From: an uncultured delta proteobacterium
GTDB lineage: Bacteria > Desulfobacterota > Binatia > UBA9968
Assembly (NCBI GenBank): GCA_963728565.1
Contig: CAVSLC010000005.1
Span: 256,001 to 320,000 of the forward strand
Direction: 5' to 3'
Length of the DNA stretch: 64,000 nucleotides
Shown here: piece by piece, positions 19,363 to 31,574 of the stretch
How positions within the stretch are numbered: the stretch's first letter is position 1
Layout of the letters: each line of letters starts with the position of its first letter
Notes under the pieces: generated by a model
What the model saw: only the letters and a program-made list of their open reading frames with translations
Told to the model about the DNA's origin: nothing
Database searches by the model: none
Made by a program: the position numbers and the translations under genes

Positions 19363-20752
19363 ATGACTTTGTGGAAATCGACCCTGTTCCCATGTCTTGT
19401 AGTGTATGTTTGGCTGGGAACGGTTTACCCAGTGTCGGTTTCCCTGGCGGCCGAAATGGCGTTGCAGCTCCAGGCGACTCCGGCCCCCCAGGCTCCACCG
19501 CAAGGCAAGCTTCTGACCATCGAAGACGCAGTTCGCATCGGTCTGGAAAACCACCCGAGGATCAGGGCAGCCAGGGAAAGAATTGGCTCACAGGAAGCGA
19601 TTCTGGGCCAACAAATGTCCGCCTATTACCCGACGATCAATTTCAATAACTCCTACCGCACAACCAATTCCTCCGGAACCAGCGGGACCAGTTCCAGCGC
19701 AACCGATACGTACTCGAGTCAAGCCAATCTGAATCTGACGTTGTATAACTTCGGTAAACGCGAAGGCACAGTCCAGGCCGCGCGGGAAACGGTGGATGCC
19801 ACGCGCGAAGATTTTTCGACGACGACCCAAGATATCGTTTTGAGTGTTAAACAGGCCTACTACACTTATTTGGGCACTCAAGCGCTGGTGACAGTACGTC
19901 AGGAAACGGTGCGTAACCGCGAGCTGCTGGTCCGTCAGGCTCAAGGATTTTACGAGGTCGGTACGCGCGCGCGAATCGATGTCGCTCGCGCGGAAGCTAA
20001 CCTTTATACCGCGCGTGCCGATCTCATCGCCTCGGAGAACTCGGTTAAAATTGCCTGGGTTACGTTGAGAAATGCCATGGGATCGCCGCGCTTACCCGAG
20101 CAACCGGTCGCTCAAGACTCGCCTGAGGTCGAGCTAACGATGAACTTGGCGGCCGCGCGGACGATTGCTTTCGATAACCGCACGGAACTGCGTAGCTTTG
20201 AAGCACAAAGACGGGCTTCGGACCAGTTGATCGCGACAGCTCGAAGGGGTCATTTGCCCGACATTGTTTTCGACGCATTCTATGGCCGGAGAAATTCCAG
20301 TGGCGGTGGTGAGAGTACCTTTCCTCTTCAACCCGCCTGGCAGGCGCAGGTGAGTCTCAATATTCCCATCTTCGACGGTTTTCGCACAACCAATCGGGTC
20401 GAGGAGACTTTGCACAATTACTACAATATCAGAGCTCAGGAAGAAGAGCGGCGGCAGCAGATTGCCTTGGAAGTTGAGCAGAGCTACCTCAGGGTGGTAG
20501 AGACTCAGGAGCGGATTATAGCTACGGAAGCCGCTACAAGGGCGGCCAAGGAAAACCTTGATTTAGCGCAAGGGCGCTACCAGGTCGGGGTGGGTTCAAT
20601 TATCGAAGTAACCGATGCCGAGACTTTATACACCGACGCCCAAACGAATTACGTTCGCACGCTTTACGACTACAAGAATTGCCGATGCGCAGTTGGCGCG
20701 GGCTATGGGCGATAACCGCGTTGGAGTTCTTAAGCCTGGGTCTATAAGGTAG
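19363..20752 (+). CDS. TolC family outer membrane efflux protein; probable indel near 20680
   Basis: OEP repeats (LTIEDAVRIGLENHP, LNIPIFDG, RYQVGVGS); the C-terminus IADAQLARAMG lies in a shifted frame. Confidence 0.9.
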
Positions 20753-20784
20753 TTTATGCAAAGTGGCCTAGGAGGCTCGAGGTA

Positions 20785-22065
20785 ATGAAGCGTATTCTCT
20801 TGCTTGTCATACTGCTCGTGGTCGTAGGCGCTTTTGCCGGCTTCCAGCAATACTCTTCATGGTCATTGAATCGATCCCAGAATAATCCGGAAGTCAAAGC
20901 GCAAGAAGGTGTAGCGCGAAGTTCGTCGAGCCAAAGTCGCGCCAATAATCAGGGGCGCGGCGTCGCGGGCGGCGCCCGATCGCGCGAGGCTGTGCCGGTC
21001 CTCGTTGCCACAGCGGTTCAGAAGGCCGTTCCGGTGCAACTCCGCGCCGTTGGTAACGTCGAGCCTTTTACAACGGTGTCAATCAAAAGCCAGGTCACCG
21101 GCGTTCTCATGGAAGCTCATTTCAAGGAAGGGCAAGACGTAAAAAAGGGACAGCAGCTCTTTACTATCGATCCGCGTCCTTTCGAAGCCGCTCTCAGGCA
21201 GGCCGAAGCCAATATGCAGCGCGATAACGCGCAGCTCAAAAACTTGCGCGAACAAGTGCGCCGCTATGCCGAGCTGGTGGAAAAACAGTACGTCTCCAGA
21301 GAACAGTATGATCTGATCAAAACCAACGCAGATGCCGCCGAGGCGGTGGTGGAAGCCGACAAGGCGGCGGTAGAAAACGCCAAGGTTCAGCTCAGCTATT
21401 GCTACATTTATTCCCCAATAAACGGTCGAGTCGGCAGCTTGCTGGTGAACGAAGGTAACCTGGTCCGGGTCAATGACGGAGCGCCGCTGGTTATCATCAA
21501 TCAGCTGAATCCTATCAATGTTACATTCTCGGTTCCTGAACAACATCTTAGCGACCTCAAACGTCACATGAACGCGGGACAGCTGAAGGTCGATGCGTCT
21601 TTTCAATCCGACGAGGGACGTCCTGAAAAGGGCCAGCTTGAATTTGTCGATAACGCCGTCGACCGCTCTACCGGAACTATCAAACTTAAAGCGGTGTTTG
21701 CTAATACCGAGCGACGTTTATGGCCAGGGCAGTTTATCAACGTCGCTCTGACCCTCACCACCCAGCCCGACGCCGTTGTCATTCCTTCCGAAGCGGTTCA
21801 AGTCGGACAGGATGGCCAGCATGTATTTGTCGTTCAACCGGACAAGCGGGTTGAAGTGAGACCGGTGACCTTGGGAACCACGAGTGGTGGCGAGGCGGTT
21901 ATTATCAAAGGACTTGCGGCCGGGGAACAAATTGTCCGTGAGGGACAGTTCTTACTGGGACCCGGATCGCGCATCGAAATCAAAGACACCGCCGTCAGCC
22001 AAGGCAAAGAGGAAAAAAGGGAACGCAAAGCTAAGGCAAAGACACAAGAAGGGGATCCGTCATGA
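20785..22065 (+). CDS. RND efflux periplasmic adaptor (MdtA-like)
   Basis: FKEGQDVKKGQ, IYSPINGRVG and LWPGQF motifs. Confidence 0.93.
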   Translation: MKRILLLVILLVVVGAFAGFQQYSSWSLNRSQNNPEVKAQEGVARSSSSQSRANNQGRGVAGGARSREAVPVLVATAVQKAVPVQLRAVGNVEPFTTVSIKSQVTGVLMEAHFKEGQDVKKGQQLFTIDPRPFEAALRQAEANMQRDNAQLKNLREQVRRYAELVEKQYVSREQYDLIKTNADAAEAVVEADKAAVENAKVQLSYCYIYSPINGRVGSLLVNEGNLVRVNDGAPLVIINQLNPINVTFSVPEQHLSDLKRHMNAGQLKVDASFQSDEGRPEKGQLEFVDNAVDRSTGTIKLKAVFANTERRLWPGQFINVALTLTTQPDAVVIPSEAVQVGQDGQHVFVVQPDKRVEVRPVTLGTTSGGEAVIIKGLAAGEQIVREGQFLLGPGSRIEIKDTAVSQGKEEKRERKAKAKTQEGDPS

Positions 22066-25000
22066 ACATCTCGGCGACTTTTCATCCGCAGGCCGGTGAC
22101 GACGACCCTGGTCATGTTAGGGATTTTGATCTTTGGCATCATGGGATATAAGTCGCTTCCAGTTAGCGACCTGCCGACAGTCGATTTCCCAACCGTCACG
22201 GTCAACGCCAATCTGCCGGGTGCCAGTCCCGAGACGATGGCGTCCTCGGTTGCCACCCCGCTGGAGAAAAACTTTTCTACGATAGCCGGACTCGATTCAA
22301 TGAGCTCAACAAGTTCCTTGGGTCGGACTCAGATCACGCTGCAGTTTAGCTTAGGCCGTAACATCGACGCCGCGGCGCAAGACGTCCAATCGATGATCGC
22401 GCGTTCGGCGCGCGACTTGCCGCAGAATATGCCCAGCCCGCCGTCTTATCGAAAGGTCAATCCGGCGAACAACTCCATTCTTCTCCTGGCGTTAAAGTCG
22501 CCCACGCTGCCTCTATCGACGGTCGATGAATTTGCCCAAACCATCCTGGCGCAGAGAATCTCGATGATTAGCGGTGTGGCTCAAGTCGATGTCATCGGAT
22601 CGCAGAAATACGCAGTAAGATTGCAGCTGGACCCGAATCAGCTGGCGGCGCGGCAGATCGGCATCGAGGATGTGGTGGCGGCAGTTCAGCGCGGCAGCGT
22701 GGATTTGCCGGTAGGGACTTTGAACGCGCCGAATCGCGCTTACACCTTAGTCTCTGACGCGCAATTAACCAATGCGGAAGCTTTTCGCCCGATGGTGGTG
22801 ACCTATCGCAACGGTGCGCCGGTGCGGGTTCAGGATCTCGGCAAGGCCGTCGACAGCGTTGAGAACACCAGAGCTGGGAGCTGGTTCAACAATGAAAGGG
22901 CGGTTATCCTCGGCGTTCAGCGACAGCCTGGGGCCAACGTCGTTGAAGTAGTCGACGCCATCAAAGCGGTCCTTCCCACTCTCCGCGCGCAGATTCCACA
23001 GTCCATTGAGCTCGAGCTATTTTTCGACCGCACGCAGTCCATCCGAGAATCGGTCCACGATGTCCAGCTCACCTTGATAGGAACCGTTTTCCTGGTGGTG
23101 CTGGTGATCTTCCTGTTCCTGCGAAATATCTCAGCCACCGTCATTCCCAGCCTGGCACTGCCGATGTCTATCGCCGGTACGTTCGCAATCATGTACCTGC
23201 TCGATTTCAGCATGAACAATCTATCCTTGATGGCGCTTACCCTGGCCGTCGGTTTCGTGGTCGATGACGCGATCGTCGTGCTGGAAAACATCGTCCGCCA
23301 CATGGAAGAGGGTGAGCATCCCTACGATGCGGCGGTTAAAGGAGCAAAGGAAATAGGCTTTACAATCATTTCCATGACCGTTTCGCTGGTGGCCGCCTTT
23401 ATCCCAGTGCTGTTTATGAGTGGTATGCTTGGCAGACTCTTGCGCGAGTTCGCGGTCACCATCTGCGTAGCTATTTTAGTTTCGGGGTTCATTTCTTTAA
23501 GCCTGACGCCGATGCTGTGTAGCCGCTATCTGCGGCCTCCTTCGGAGCAGAAGCATGGACGGCTTTACCGCTTTCTCGGCCGCTGCTTGGAGGGAATGAA
23601 CCGAGCCTATGAAGTGACTCTGCAGTGGGTGATGAGGCACCATGTGATCACCGCGGCATCATCGTTGGTGGTACTACTAGCGACGATTTACATGTTCGGT
23701 CTGGTTCCCAAGGGTTTCATCCCCAGTGAAGATACCGGACAAGTGCTTATCAATACCGAAGGAGCCCAGGGCGTCTCGTATGAACAAATGGTGCAGTATC
23801 AGCAAGAATTAGCCGCCATCGTCGCCGAGGATCAAAATGTCGAGTCTTTTTTTTCCAGCGTTGGGGTTGGTGGTTCGGGTCTCACGGGCAACACCGGTCG
23901 AATATTCATGAAGCTCAAGCCGCGCTCCGAACGCCCGCTTTCTGCTGATGAGTTGATTCGTGAGTTGCGGCCCAAGCTGGCGCGAGTCCCCGGTATTCGC
24001 GTTTCGTTGCAAAATCCGCCGGTCATTAGAGTCGGCGGCCGGCTAAGCCGAAGTCTGTATCAATTCACGCTGCAAAGTCCCGATGCCCCTGAACTCTATC
24101 GCCATGCAGCCTCGTTTGAAGAGAAGCTCAGAGCGCTGCCCGATATGCGCGATGTGGGCAGCGATTTGCAGCTCAAAAACCCGCAGTTGCAGGTTGTGAT
24201 TGACCGGGACAAGATGGCTACGATGGGGATTACGGCACAAGGCATTTCTCCTCGACAAGTTGAAGAGGCTTTTTGGAACGCCTATGCCACGAGACAGATT
24301 ACGACTATCAACACGCCAAATAATCAATATCAGGTGATCGTCGAACTAGATCCCAAATTCCAAAACGATCCCTCAGCGCTGTCGCAGCTGTATATTCGAT
24401 CGACCACAGGCCAAACCGCTACAGCCCAACCGATGGTACCCTTCGGAGCATTGGCGAGTCTTATTTATTCCGCGGGGCCGCTATCGGTAAATCATTCGGG
24501 ACAGCTGCCGTCGGTGACGTTTTCCTTTAACTTAAGGGAAGGAGTTGCTTTGGGAGACGCGGTGGAGACTATCAACGGGTTGGCCCGGGAGAATTTACCT
24601 GGAACCATCAGCACGACCTTCCAAGGCACTGCCCAGGAGTTTCAATCATCAATCAAGAGTCTCTGGGTTCTCTTGGCGCTGGCCGTGTTCGTGGTCTACT
24701 TGGTTTTGGGAATTCTCTACGAGAGCTTTATTCATCCGCTGACTATTCTTTCCGGTCTTCCTTCCGCGGGTCTGGGTGCATTGATCGCGCTTTACCTGCT
24801 GCAGATGGATCTGAGCATTTATGCTTTCGTCGGTTTGATCATGTTGATCGGTATCGTAAAGAAAAATGCCATCATGATGATCGACTTTGCTCTCGAGCGA
24901 CAACGCAACGACGGGAAAAGCCCAGCCCAAGCCATCTATGAAGGGGCGTTAGTGCGCTTTCGGCCGATCATGATGACAACCATGGCCGCAATTGTTGGCG

Positions 25001-25266
25001 CAATACCCATCGCGATAGGCTGGGGCGCGGGCGCCGAGGCCAGACAGCCTTTGGGCATCGCTGTAGTTGGCGGTCTGCTGGTATCGCAGATCCTGACGCT
25101 CTACATAACTCCAGTCATGTATCTTTATCTCGAACGAGGCCAAAATTTTGTGATTAGCCTTCCTGCGAGACTGCGAGGAGGTGATAAGGGTGCTCCAGCC
25201 AATGCCGCAACGGCTGCGATCGGCGCTAAACTCGGAGTGGAAAATCCAGGGCGGCGTAACCCCTGA
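22062..25266 (+). CDS. RND efflux permease (MdtB/MdtC-like); probable indel near 22080
   Basis: ATGA overlap start (MNIS...IRRPV), GFVVDDAIVVLENI and RFRPIMMTT motifs. Confidence 0.94.
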
Positions 25267-25668
25267 CCATTGCTTGCATATCTCGCGATCGCTGAGCTCT
25301 TCAGACAAGCGCAAGCGTCAAAAAGGCGGTTCATTGGGTAAGCGCCCCGAGCTGGCTTTCGAACGCACCGATTCGTTGCAGCAAATGACACAATCGGCTT
25401 CGTTCCACTGCATCGGTTCTGCTGTACTTCAGTTGATGTTCGCCCGCCGACTTTAGTCGTGCATGAGGATGAGATTCCTCCGACTTGCACGGATAGTCGA
25501 GAGTCTAATTCGGTTCTGTTTGACTAGAGGGAAACTTCGGTCGGGATAATGAAGAATACCGGTAAGTATCAACCAACGCCGCGGTTGTTTACCCGGACAG
25601 TCGCACAAATCCGGTGGCCACGTGTTAGGGCAAAAGGTGGGAGCGCTTAACTCTGGGTCTAGACTCGC

Positions 25669-27531
25669 CTACCAACGAAACGGATTCAATATTTTACTGA
25701 CGTTCTCAACATCGTCCCGCAGGTGGTCAAATAATCCTTTGGTTTCTTCTTCGCCCGGCGCCGCCTTTTTCTGTTCAGCGGGGCTTGTCGCTCGATTCGC
25801 GGGTTGCGATTGAGTAGGTCCGCGGACGAGATTACGCGGAGCTATCCTGTCGGCAGGCTGAGGTTTTTCCGCAACGTTGGGCTTGGCATTAGTAGTATTC
25901 GCATCATCCGCGCGGTCGCTTGTGGCGCTGCTCGGAAGCTCCGCTGGTGCCAGGAACAATGGCCCTTTCTCCGCGCTTACCTTCGGCTCCAATTCGACTT
26001 TCACTGGAGGAGTATTCTTAACTGCGCTTTCAGTAACCTCGGCCGGGGAAGGCGCCAATTCGAATCGGGACGGCTCCACTCCCTGTGATTTTAGTTTTTG
26101 ATCTATACTACTCAAAAGTCCGCTCGTGTCGGGGCTTTGCGCTGGAGCGCTTGTTTTGACCGTTACGTTTTGAGTGGCAGCCGGATCTTTGAATGCCGCC
26201 GCTGCCTCGGGTGCCGGTGGCAGTTCGGAAGTTTTACCGTCCTTCTTGAGACTCGAATCGATCGAACCCAGAAGCACACCAGTATCCATTCTTTGTGGAG
26301 GCGCCTCGTCGTTCTTGGGTAGATCCGCCACCGGCGGAGTTAGGCTTGCCTGCCCGGCGTTGTCGATACCCTTTTGCTTTAAGGAGTCGTCGATCTGACC
26401 CACGAGTCCAGTGCCTTGGCTGGGCTTGCTGTTGGAGTTCGAGCTTTGCCTGCCGAATGGCCAGAGCGATGCGAGAATACCGCTGGACTCTTTGGTCTCA
26501 GCTTCTTTGCGTCTGACCAGCAGTTCCGTTGCGCTTTCTTTTGGCTCATCGGATGAAGAGAAGGGATTTAACTTGTCTGCCACGCGGCGCAGAATTCCTT
26601 TTTCGTCTCCCGGTTCCTCATACACCAGATCTTTTTTTGCGATTAGGTTCAGGTTCTTCAATTTGCTGAGCGCCGGCTCCTCTTTGGCCTCCGTCGGCAA
26701 AGCGGCGCCCGGCCGACGATCTCGCATCAACAGCAGTGCCAATGGATCCTGTTTCTCTTTATCCAGTTGCGCCAGTTGAGTTTTGGCCTCGACTGCGAAT
26801 TTGGTTTCGGGATAATGCTGAATCAATGCTTCGTAGGCGAGAGAAGCTCGAATCCAGTTTTTTTCTTTTCTGTAACTATCGCCCAGGTAGTAGAGACTTT
26901 TTATCGCAGTCGGCGTTCCCTTGTACTTACGGACAATTTCTTCGAAACGATCTCTCGCGGCAGGATATTTTTCCTGCTGATAATAAAAGATCGCGACGTT
27001 GAATTCGTGCTCTGAAAGGTACTGAATGCATTTGGCCAGCTTCTCTGCCGCTTCCGGCGCGTGGGCCGATCCTGGATAGTTGGTAATAACGGTTTCGAAA
27101 TAGCCCTTGGCGATTTCGGTATTTTTTTGATCGCGATCGATGGAACTGAACTGGTTCAGGTGGGCTTGTCCAAGCCTCAAGATGACAAAAGGAATCTTTT
27201 CGTTGGTTGGGTGAAGGCTCTGAAACTCTTTGAATGCGGTGATCGCCTCCGGATACTGCTCGTTAAGATAATAGGCATCGGCAACTTTCAATTCGGTTTC
27301 GGTGAGCAGTGGACTGAACGGATATCCCGATTTTAACTTTTGCAAAACGTCTATTGCGCGAGCGTATTTCTTTTCATTGAAATAGCGGCTTCCCTCGGCG
27401 AATAAAGCTTCGGCGGTAGGATCCACTGGAGCTGCGGATTTGAACCAGGGCACGGACGGCATCGAAACTGACGAGCAACCTGATACTCCAACGACAACCG
27501 CGAAGAGAGCGAGCGGAAAGTTATTTTTCAT
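25669..27531 (-). CDS. bamD: Outer membrane protein assembly factor BamD with a long C-terminal extension
   Basis: Lipobox VSGC; BamD TPR motifs YPFSP, FQSLHPTN, DRDQ, HEFNVAIFY; ~340-aa low-complexity tail. Confidence 0.85.
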   Translation of the reverse strand: MKNNFPLALFAVVVGVSGCSSVSMPSVPWFKSAAPVDPTAEALFAEGSRYFNEKKYARAIDVLQKLKSGYPFSPLLTETELKVADAYYLNEQYPEAITAFKEFQSLHPTNEKIPFVILRLGQAHLNQFSSIDRDQKNTEIAKGYFETVITNYPGSAHAPEAAEKLAKCIQYLSEHEFNVAIFYYQQEKYPAARDRFEEIVRKYKGTPTAIKSLYYLGDSYRKEKNWIRASLAYEALIQHYPETKFAVEAKTQLAQLDKEKQDPLALLLMRDRRPGAALPTEAKEEPALSKLKNLNLIAKKDLVYEEPGDEKGILRRVADKLNPFSSSDEPKESATELLVRRKEAETKESSGILASLWPFGRQSSNSNSKPSQGTGLVGQIDDSLKQKGIDNAGQASLTPPVADLPKNDEAPPQRMDTGVLLGSIDSSLKKDGKTSELPPAPEAAAAFKDPAATQNVTVKTSAPAQSPDTSGLLSSIDQKLKSQGVEPSRFELAPSPAEVTESAVKNTPPVKVELEPKVSAEKGPLFLAPAELPSSATSDRADDANTTNAKPNVAEKPQPADRIAPRNLVRGPTQSQPANRATSPAEQKKAAPGEEETKGLFDHLRDDVENVSKILNPFRW

Positions 27532-28611
27532 TTTTTCACCTATCGAATGAGGTTTTTCCATAATATGCCCACTGAAGACAGAGTCAAGCTTATTGTGTCG
27601 GTGAGTTGCGCTCTGCGCCAGCTGCTTGCGCTGCGGATAACCGCGATGACTTACGCCGGAGCCACGGATGCATGCAACCGATCCAAAAATTCTCTAACAT
27701 CTAACCTGCACGAAGGCGCTCGCGAAAATCCGAATTACCAAATTAGTCGGCGCACCATTCATGCGCGACGAGAGACACACGAGATACAAAGGAGAGCGCG
27801 GCGGCGGCAACAATGAAACTTCAATACGACAATCGATTGACCCTTCCAGACTGCCTTCATCGTGAGAGGATCGGTCAGTCCAGATTTTTGCCGAGACTAT
27901 TACGACCGGCGATCCACAGCGATGCTCGCGAAGCAAATTGCTCTGGCTATAGCAAGTTTCTGAGGCCCTGTGTCTCTGCTGTGTTGTACGTTTGATCCTG
28001 TGAACTATCTAAGCCTGGCTCGATGTCGGCCTCGGGTCGGCGAACTTCTCAGGGTAAAGCTGGATCACGCCACCTGTTCTGATGATACTGAACGACCCGC
28101 TGCGATTCTCTGGAGCCGGCCAAAGACAAAAAGCTCTCAGGCTTGTTGTGGAGTCTCGTTTTTAGCCTCCGATAGCTCTCAATTCTATGTCGACCGAAAG
28201 GCTTAGTGAACTGAGCATTTGCCTCTGAGCTGGCTGCTTCGAAAGGCGGGTGGCTATCGCTTGCGTTCAGAGTGTCTGATGTAGAAACAGCCGGTTTTAC
28301 CTGTGCTTGAAAAATTTGCTTGGTTGATCATTAACCCGCTAACGATTTCACCCGGTTTGATATCTATTCTTGAGCTACTACAGCAAAACTCCTCGTAGAA
28401 AATTGGTTTATAGCATTTCTTTAAGTCCTTAGTCGTAGAAACGATACGCCCGGGGAGCGTTTAACGTCAAAATCATACTACTCGCGTATTGAAGGCACCG
28501 GGGCAATTCAAGTACAACCTTGCGAGATTGATGACAGGAAGCGTTGGTACGGACTGCTTCTTGTCCTCGAAAAATTCGCAGCAAAAAGATTCAGGGAAAG
28601 AAGGAGGCAAA

Positions 28612-30129
28612 ATGAAGATGAGGTTTCTGGGATTAGGAATGCTATCTGCGTTCCTTCTGGCTGTCCCGGCCCTTGCGCAAAACGTCGATCAGAAGATCCA
28701 GGCGCTTGAGCAAGAGCTGTTGCAGTTAAAGGAGCAGCAGATCGAGTTGAAGAAAGAGGCCACCGAAGCGGCAGCCGCTATGCCGAATTTCAGTTACCGT
28801 CCGGGTAACGGCCTGAATATTGAGGCAGCGGACAAGTCATGGTCTTTCCGCCCCACCATCGAAACTTATTTCCGCATGCTGTTCGAAGAAGGGCGAGATC
28901 AAGTAGGCCGCACCAACGGCGAGATCATGGGCCGCCGTTTCCGGCCGGGATTCTTTTTCTGTATCAACAACTGCTTGTGGGAGCTCGAGGCAACATTTGA
29001 TATGGACGGTTTCGGAACCGGCAACGCCAAGAACGCAACCGGCGACGATGTCGGGTCCATATTGCAGCGCGGCGCTCTGAACGTTCATCTGGAAAACTTC
29101 AATCCGTTTTTGCCGACCGTGCAGCTTGGCATGGAAGTTTCCGGTAGCATGAGCAGCGCGCGCCAGGGTTCCGGCGCCGTGGGCGCGCAGGCTGAGTACG
29201 ATCTGCACACCCGTAACAACGGCTTTCAACACCGGCCGCGCGGGCCAGGGTATCATGCTGAACTGGGACGACAGGTCGCTCTCGGGAATCGGCATTCCCG
29301 GTCGGATCGGCCGTTTCCAACTCGGCATGGGATCATTCGGTGAGCGGGACGATGGACTCAGCAGTTTCACTGATCAAAAAAGATTTCAATACCTACCTGA
29401 GCCTCCAGCCGTTTTCGCAACTGAAGAGTTTCTGGATCCAGGGTCTAACTCTCGAAATGGGCGCCTGGTTCTGTAATGTCGATAACCGCGCAATCGATAA
29501 CGGCTGCAACCGCTATCGCATCCAGGATCATGGCGACGGCGGACGTCAGACACTGTTTGACAGCGGCGCCAACTCGATCGGCGACGGCCTGCATATCGCT
29601 CTGACCCCAGGCATCGTCTGGAACATTGGTCCCCTGACGTTGCGCGGCATGGCGCATCGCCAGAGAAGTGAAGATGATGGCGGAACCCGGGGGCGGAAGA
29701 AAGGTGACAGTTGGTTGGCCGGTCCGACCTGTTCCTGTGGAGCCCCAAGGGTTTCCTGACAGGTTCTTCGGCAACTCCGGGCTCGATTCTGTTGGGCACT
29801 CACTTTGAGCGAGTCGACATGGAAATCGATTGCAATGGCACCACCGGCATCTCCAGTGCGGCTACCGGGTGGTCACCTGGCTCAGTTCCACCGCAATCGA
29901 ATTCTCTTGCGGGAAGCGGACCTCTGGTATTTCGTCGCGCCGCGCATGAGCATCGGTGTCAACTGGCTTTGGTATGATGCTTCGAACTTGCGCAACGGGG
30001 CCAACCAGGCCGCGCCATAACTTGGGTTATGCGACACGCCAAACGTCACCACGCCGCGACTGGTTGCAGAAACGGTAAAGGCGGCGACTGGCATGACACT
30101 GCTTCCTAAACTGGCGCTATACGTTCTAA
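28612..30129 (+). CDS. Outer membrane beta-barrel / porin-like protein, broken by several frameshifts
   Basis: AAGGAGG RBS, signal peptide, N-terminal coiled coil, amphipathic beta strands spread across frames, C-terminal NWRYTF-stop beta-signal. Confidence 0.7.
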
Positions 30130-30150
30130 ACGCGTTTAACGCTCGCAACC

Positions 30151-30184
30151 AAAAGGGGAGTCAGAAATGACTCCCCTTTTTTTT
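30151..30184 (+). terminator. Rho-independent terminator after the porin-like gene
   Basis: GGGGAGTCA-GAAA-TGACTCCCC followed by T8. Confidence 0.92.
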
Positions 30185-30308
30185 GGGACTGAATAGCTGC
30201 TGATTTCACATATCCACTCCTTGCAAATTCGGAATGACGCCGTATTATTTCGAAAACAAACCCGCGCCTGTAACAAGCGCGAGCAAGCCCAAAAGGAACA
30301 AAGTATCT

Positions 30309-30938
30309 ATGAAGAGTCTAGTCATAGACCGAAGAAATGTTCTATTTTCGTTTTTCACGCTGATTCTTTTGGTGGCGCTTATCGGCTGCAACCATGCGAT
30401 CCCCAGATTTGGCATCGGTGGCCGGTACGAAGAGGGGCGAGATCAATTCTTTCGCGGCAAAGGCGGCGATATGGACCGCGCGGTGGAGGCGTTGGAGTAC
30501 GTCGTCAGCCGTGATCCGTTATACAAGGACAGCTTGACCTATTTGGGCCGGGCTTATTACCGAAAAGGACGCTATCAGGACGCCTTCGCTATCTTGCAAC
30601 GCGCCGTGGCGGCAAACAAAGATGATGAGGTTGCCTGGATCGCGTTGGGACTAACCCAAATGCGCTTGGGACAAACCGACAAGGCGATGGATTCGCTCAA
30701 GGGCGGCATCACCTTGGCGCATAAGGTGATGGTGGAGGGCTACCACAATCACAAAAATTGGGACAGCCGGGGCGTGGTCCGCGGCGCGCTGCGGCGCTCC
30801 GCCTTTCTCCTGGCTAAAGGTCCGGAGGAAAGAGACAATATCCTCCAGACCAATGACCGACTTTTAGCGCTCGTCGACGATGAGGAAAATTTTCAGAAAA
30901 ACGCCCGGCTCCAAAACAATAATCAGATCTACAATTAA
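30309..30938 (+). CDS. TPR lipoprotein (start uncertain, 30234 or 30309)
   Basis: Lipobox LIGC; TPR LTYLGRAYYRKGRYQDA. Confidence 0.8.
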   Translation: MKSLVIDRRNVLFSFFTLILLVALIGCNHAIPRFGIGGRYEEGRDQFFRGKGGDMDRAVEALEYVVSRDPLYKDSLTYLGRAYYRKGRYQDAFAILQRAVAANKDDEVAWIALGLTQMRLGQTDKAMDSLKGGITLAHKVMVEGYHNHKNWDSRGVVRGALRRSAFLLAKGPEERDNILQTNDRLLALVDDEENFQKNARLQNNNQIYN

Positions 30939-30941
30939 TTT

Positions 30942-31574
30942 TCAGGGCTCTTCGCCGCCACCGCCGTCATTCTCGCGGTTTCTCTCCAAGGTCTCGTCGC
31001 GTCTGGCACGATCGTTCTCGAGTTCCATTTGCTTTCCGACCCATTCACCGGCAGTGATAAGCTTAGGCCAATCGATATCTCTCCCGGAAATCATCGCTAA
31101 GTCCGTCTGAATCGCCGAACGTATTTCGCGCCCCGGATCCCAGAATCTGCCAAAGGACGAGCCGTGGTTCTGATCCACATACTCCAACCATTGATGCACT
31201 CCACGCAGGCCACCTTCGATCTCCTTAAGGCCTCTCTGGCGGTCGCCCTCTCGAGCTAACGCAAGGCCGAAATAGAGTCTGGAAAGATCTTCTTGACGAT
31301 TAGCGGCAAGCGCTCGCTCAAGCGCCTCGCGCGCTTGAGGAAGCCGCCCCATATCGTAATTCACCCGGCCGACGTAACTCCAGACTCCCTGGCGTAGCGC
31401 GGTGCCGTAAACATAGTTTGGGTCCACTTCCGCAGCCTTTTGGAAATGTGCATAGGCGGCTTCGTTATTGCCGATAAGGTAAGCCTGTCTTCCTGAGTTG
31501 ACCTCCCGAGCGGCTTGAAAACCGGCGCAACCCGAAAGGAGCAGAATTAGCGCGACTGAAATGCTGGTTTTCAT
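30942..31574 (-). CDS. TPR lipoprotein
   Basis: AGGAGG RBS, lipobox LSGC, TPR WSYVGRVNYDMGRLPQAREALERAL. Confidence 0.85.
   Translation of the reverse strand: MKTSISVALILLLSGCAGFQAAREVNSGRQAYLIGNNEAAYAHFQKAAEVDPNYVYGTALRQGVWSYVGRVNYDMGRLPQAREALERALAANRQEDLSRLYFGLALAREGDRQRGLKEIEGGLRGVHQWLEYVDQNHGSSFGRFWDPGREIRSAIQTDLAMISGRDIDWPKLITAGEWVGKQMELENDRARRDETLERNRENDGGGGEEP

Noticed and set aside
25267-25668. Possible small gene or ncRNA between the RND permease and bamD
   Set aside because: No convincing RBS-ORF pair, structure or motif could be supported by eye.
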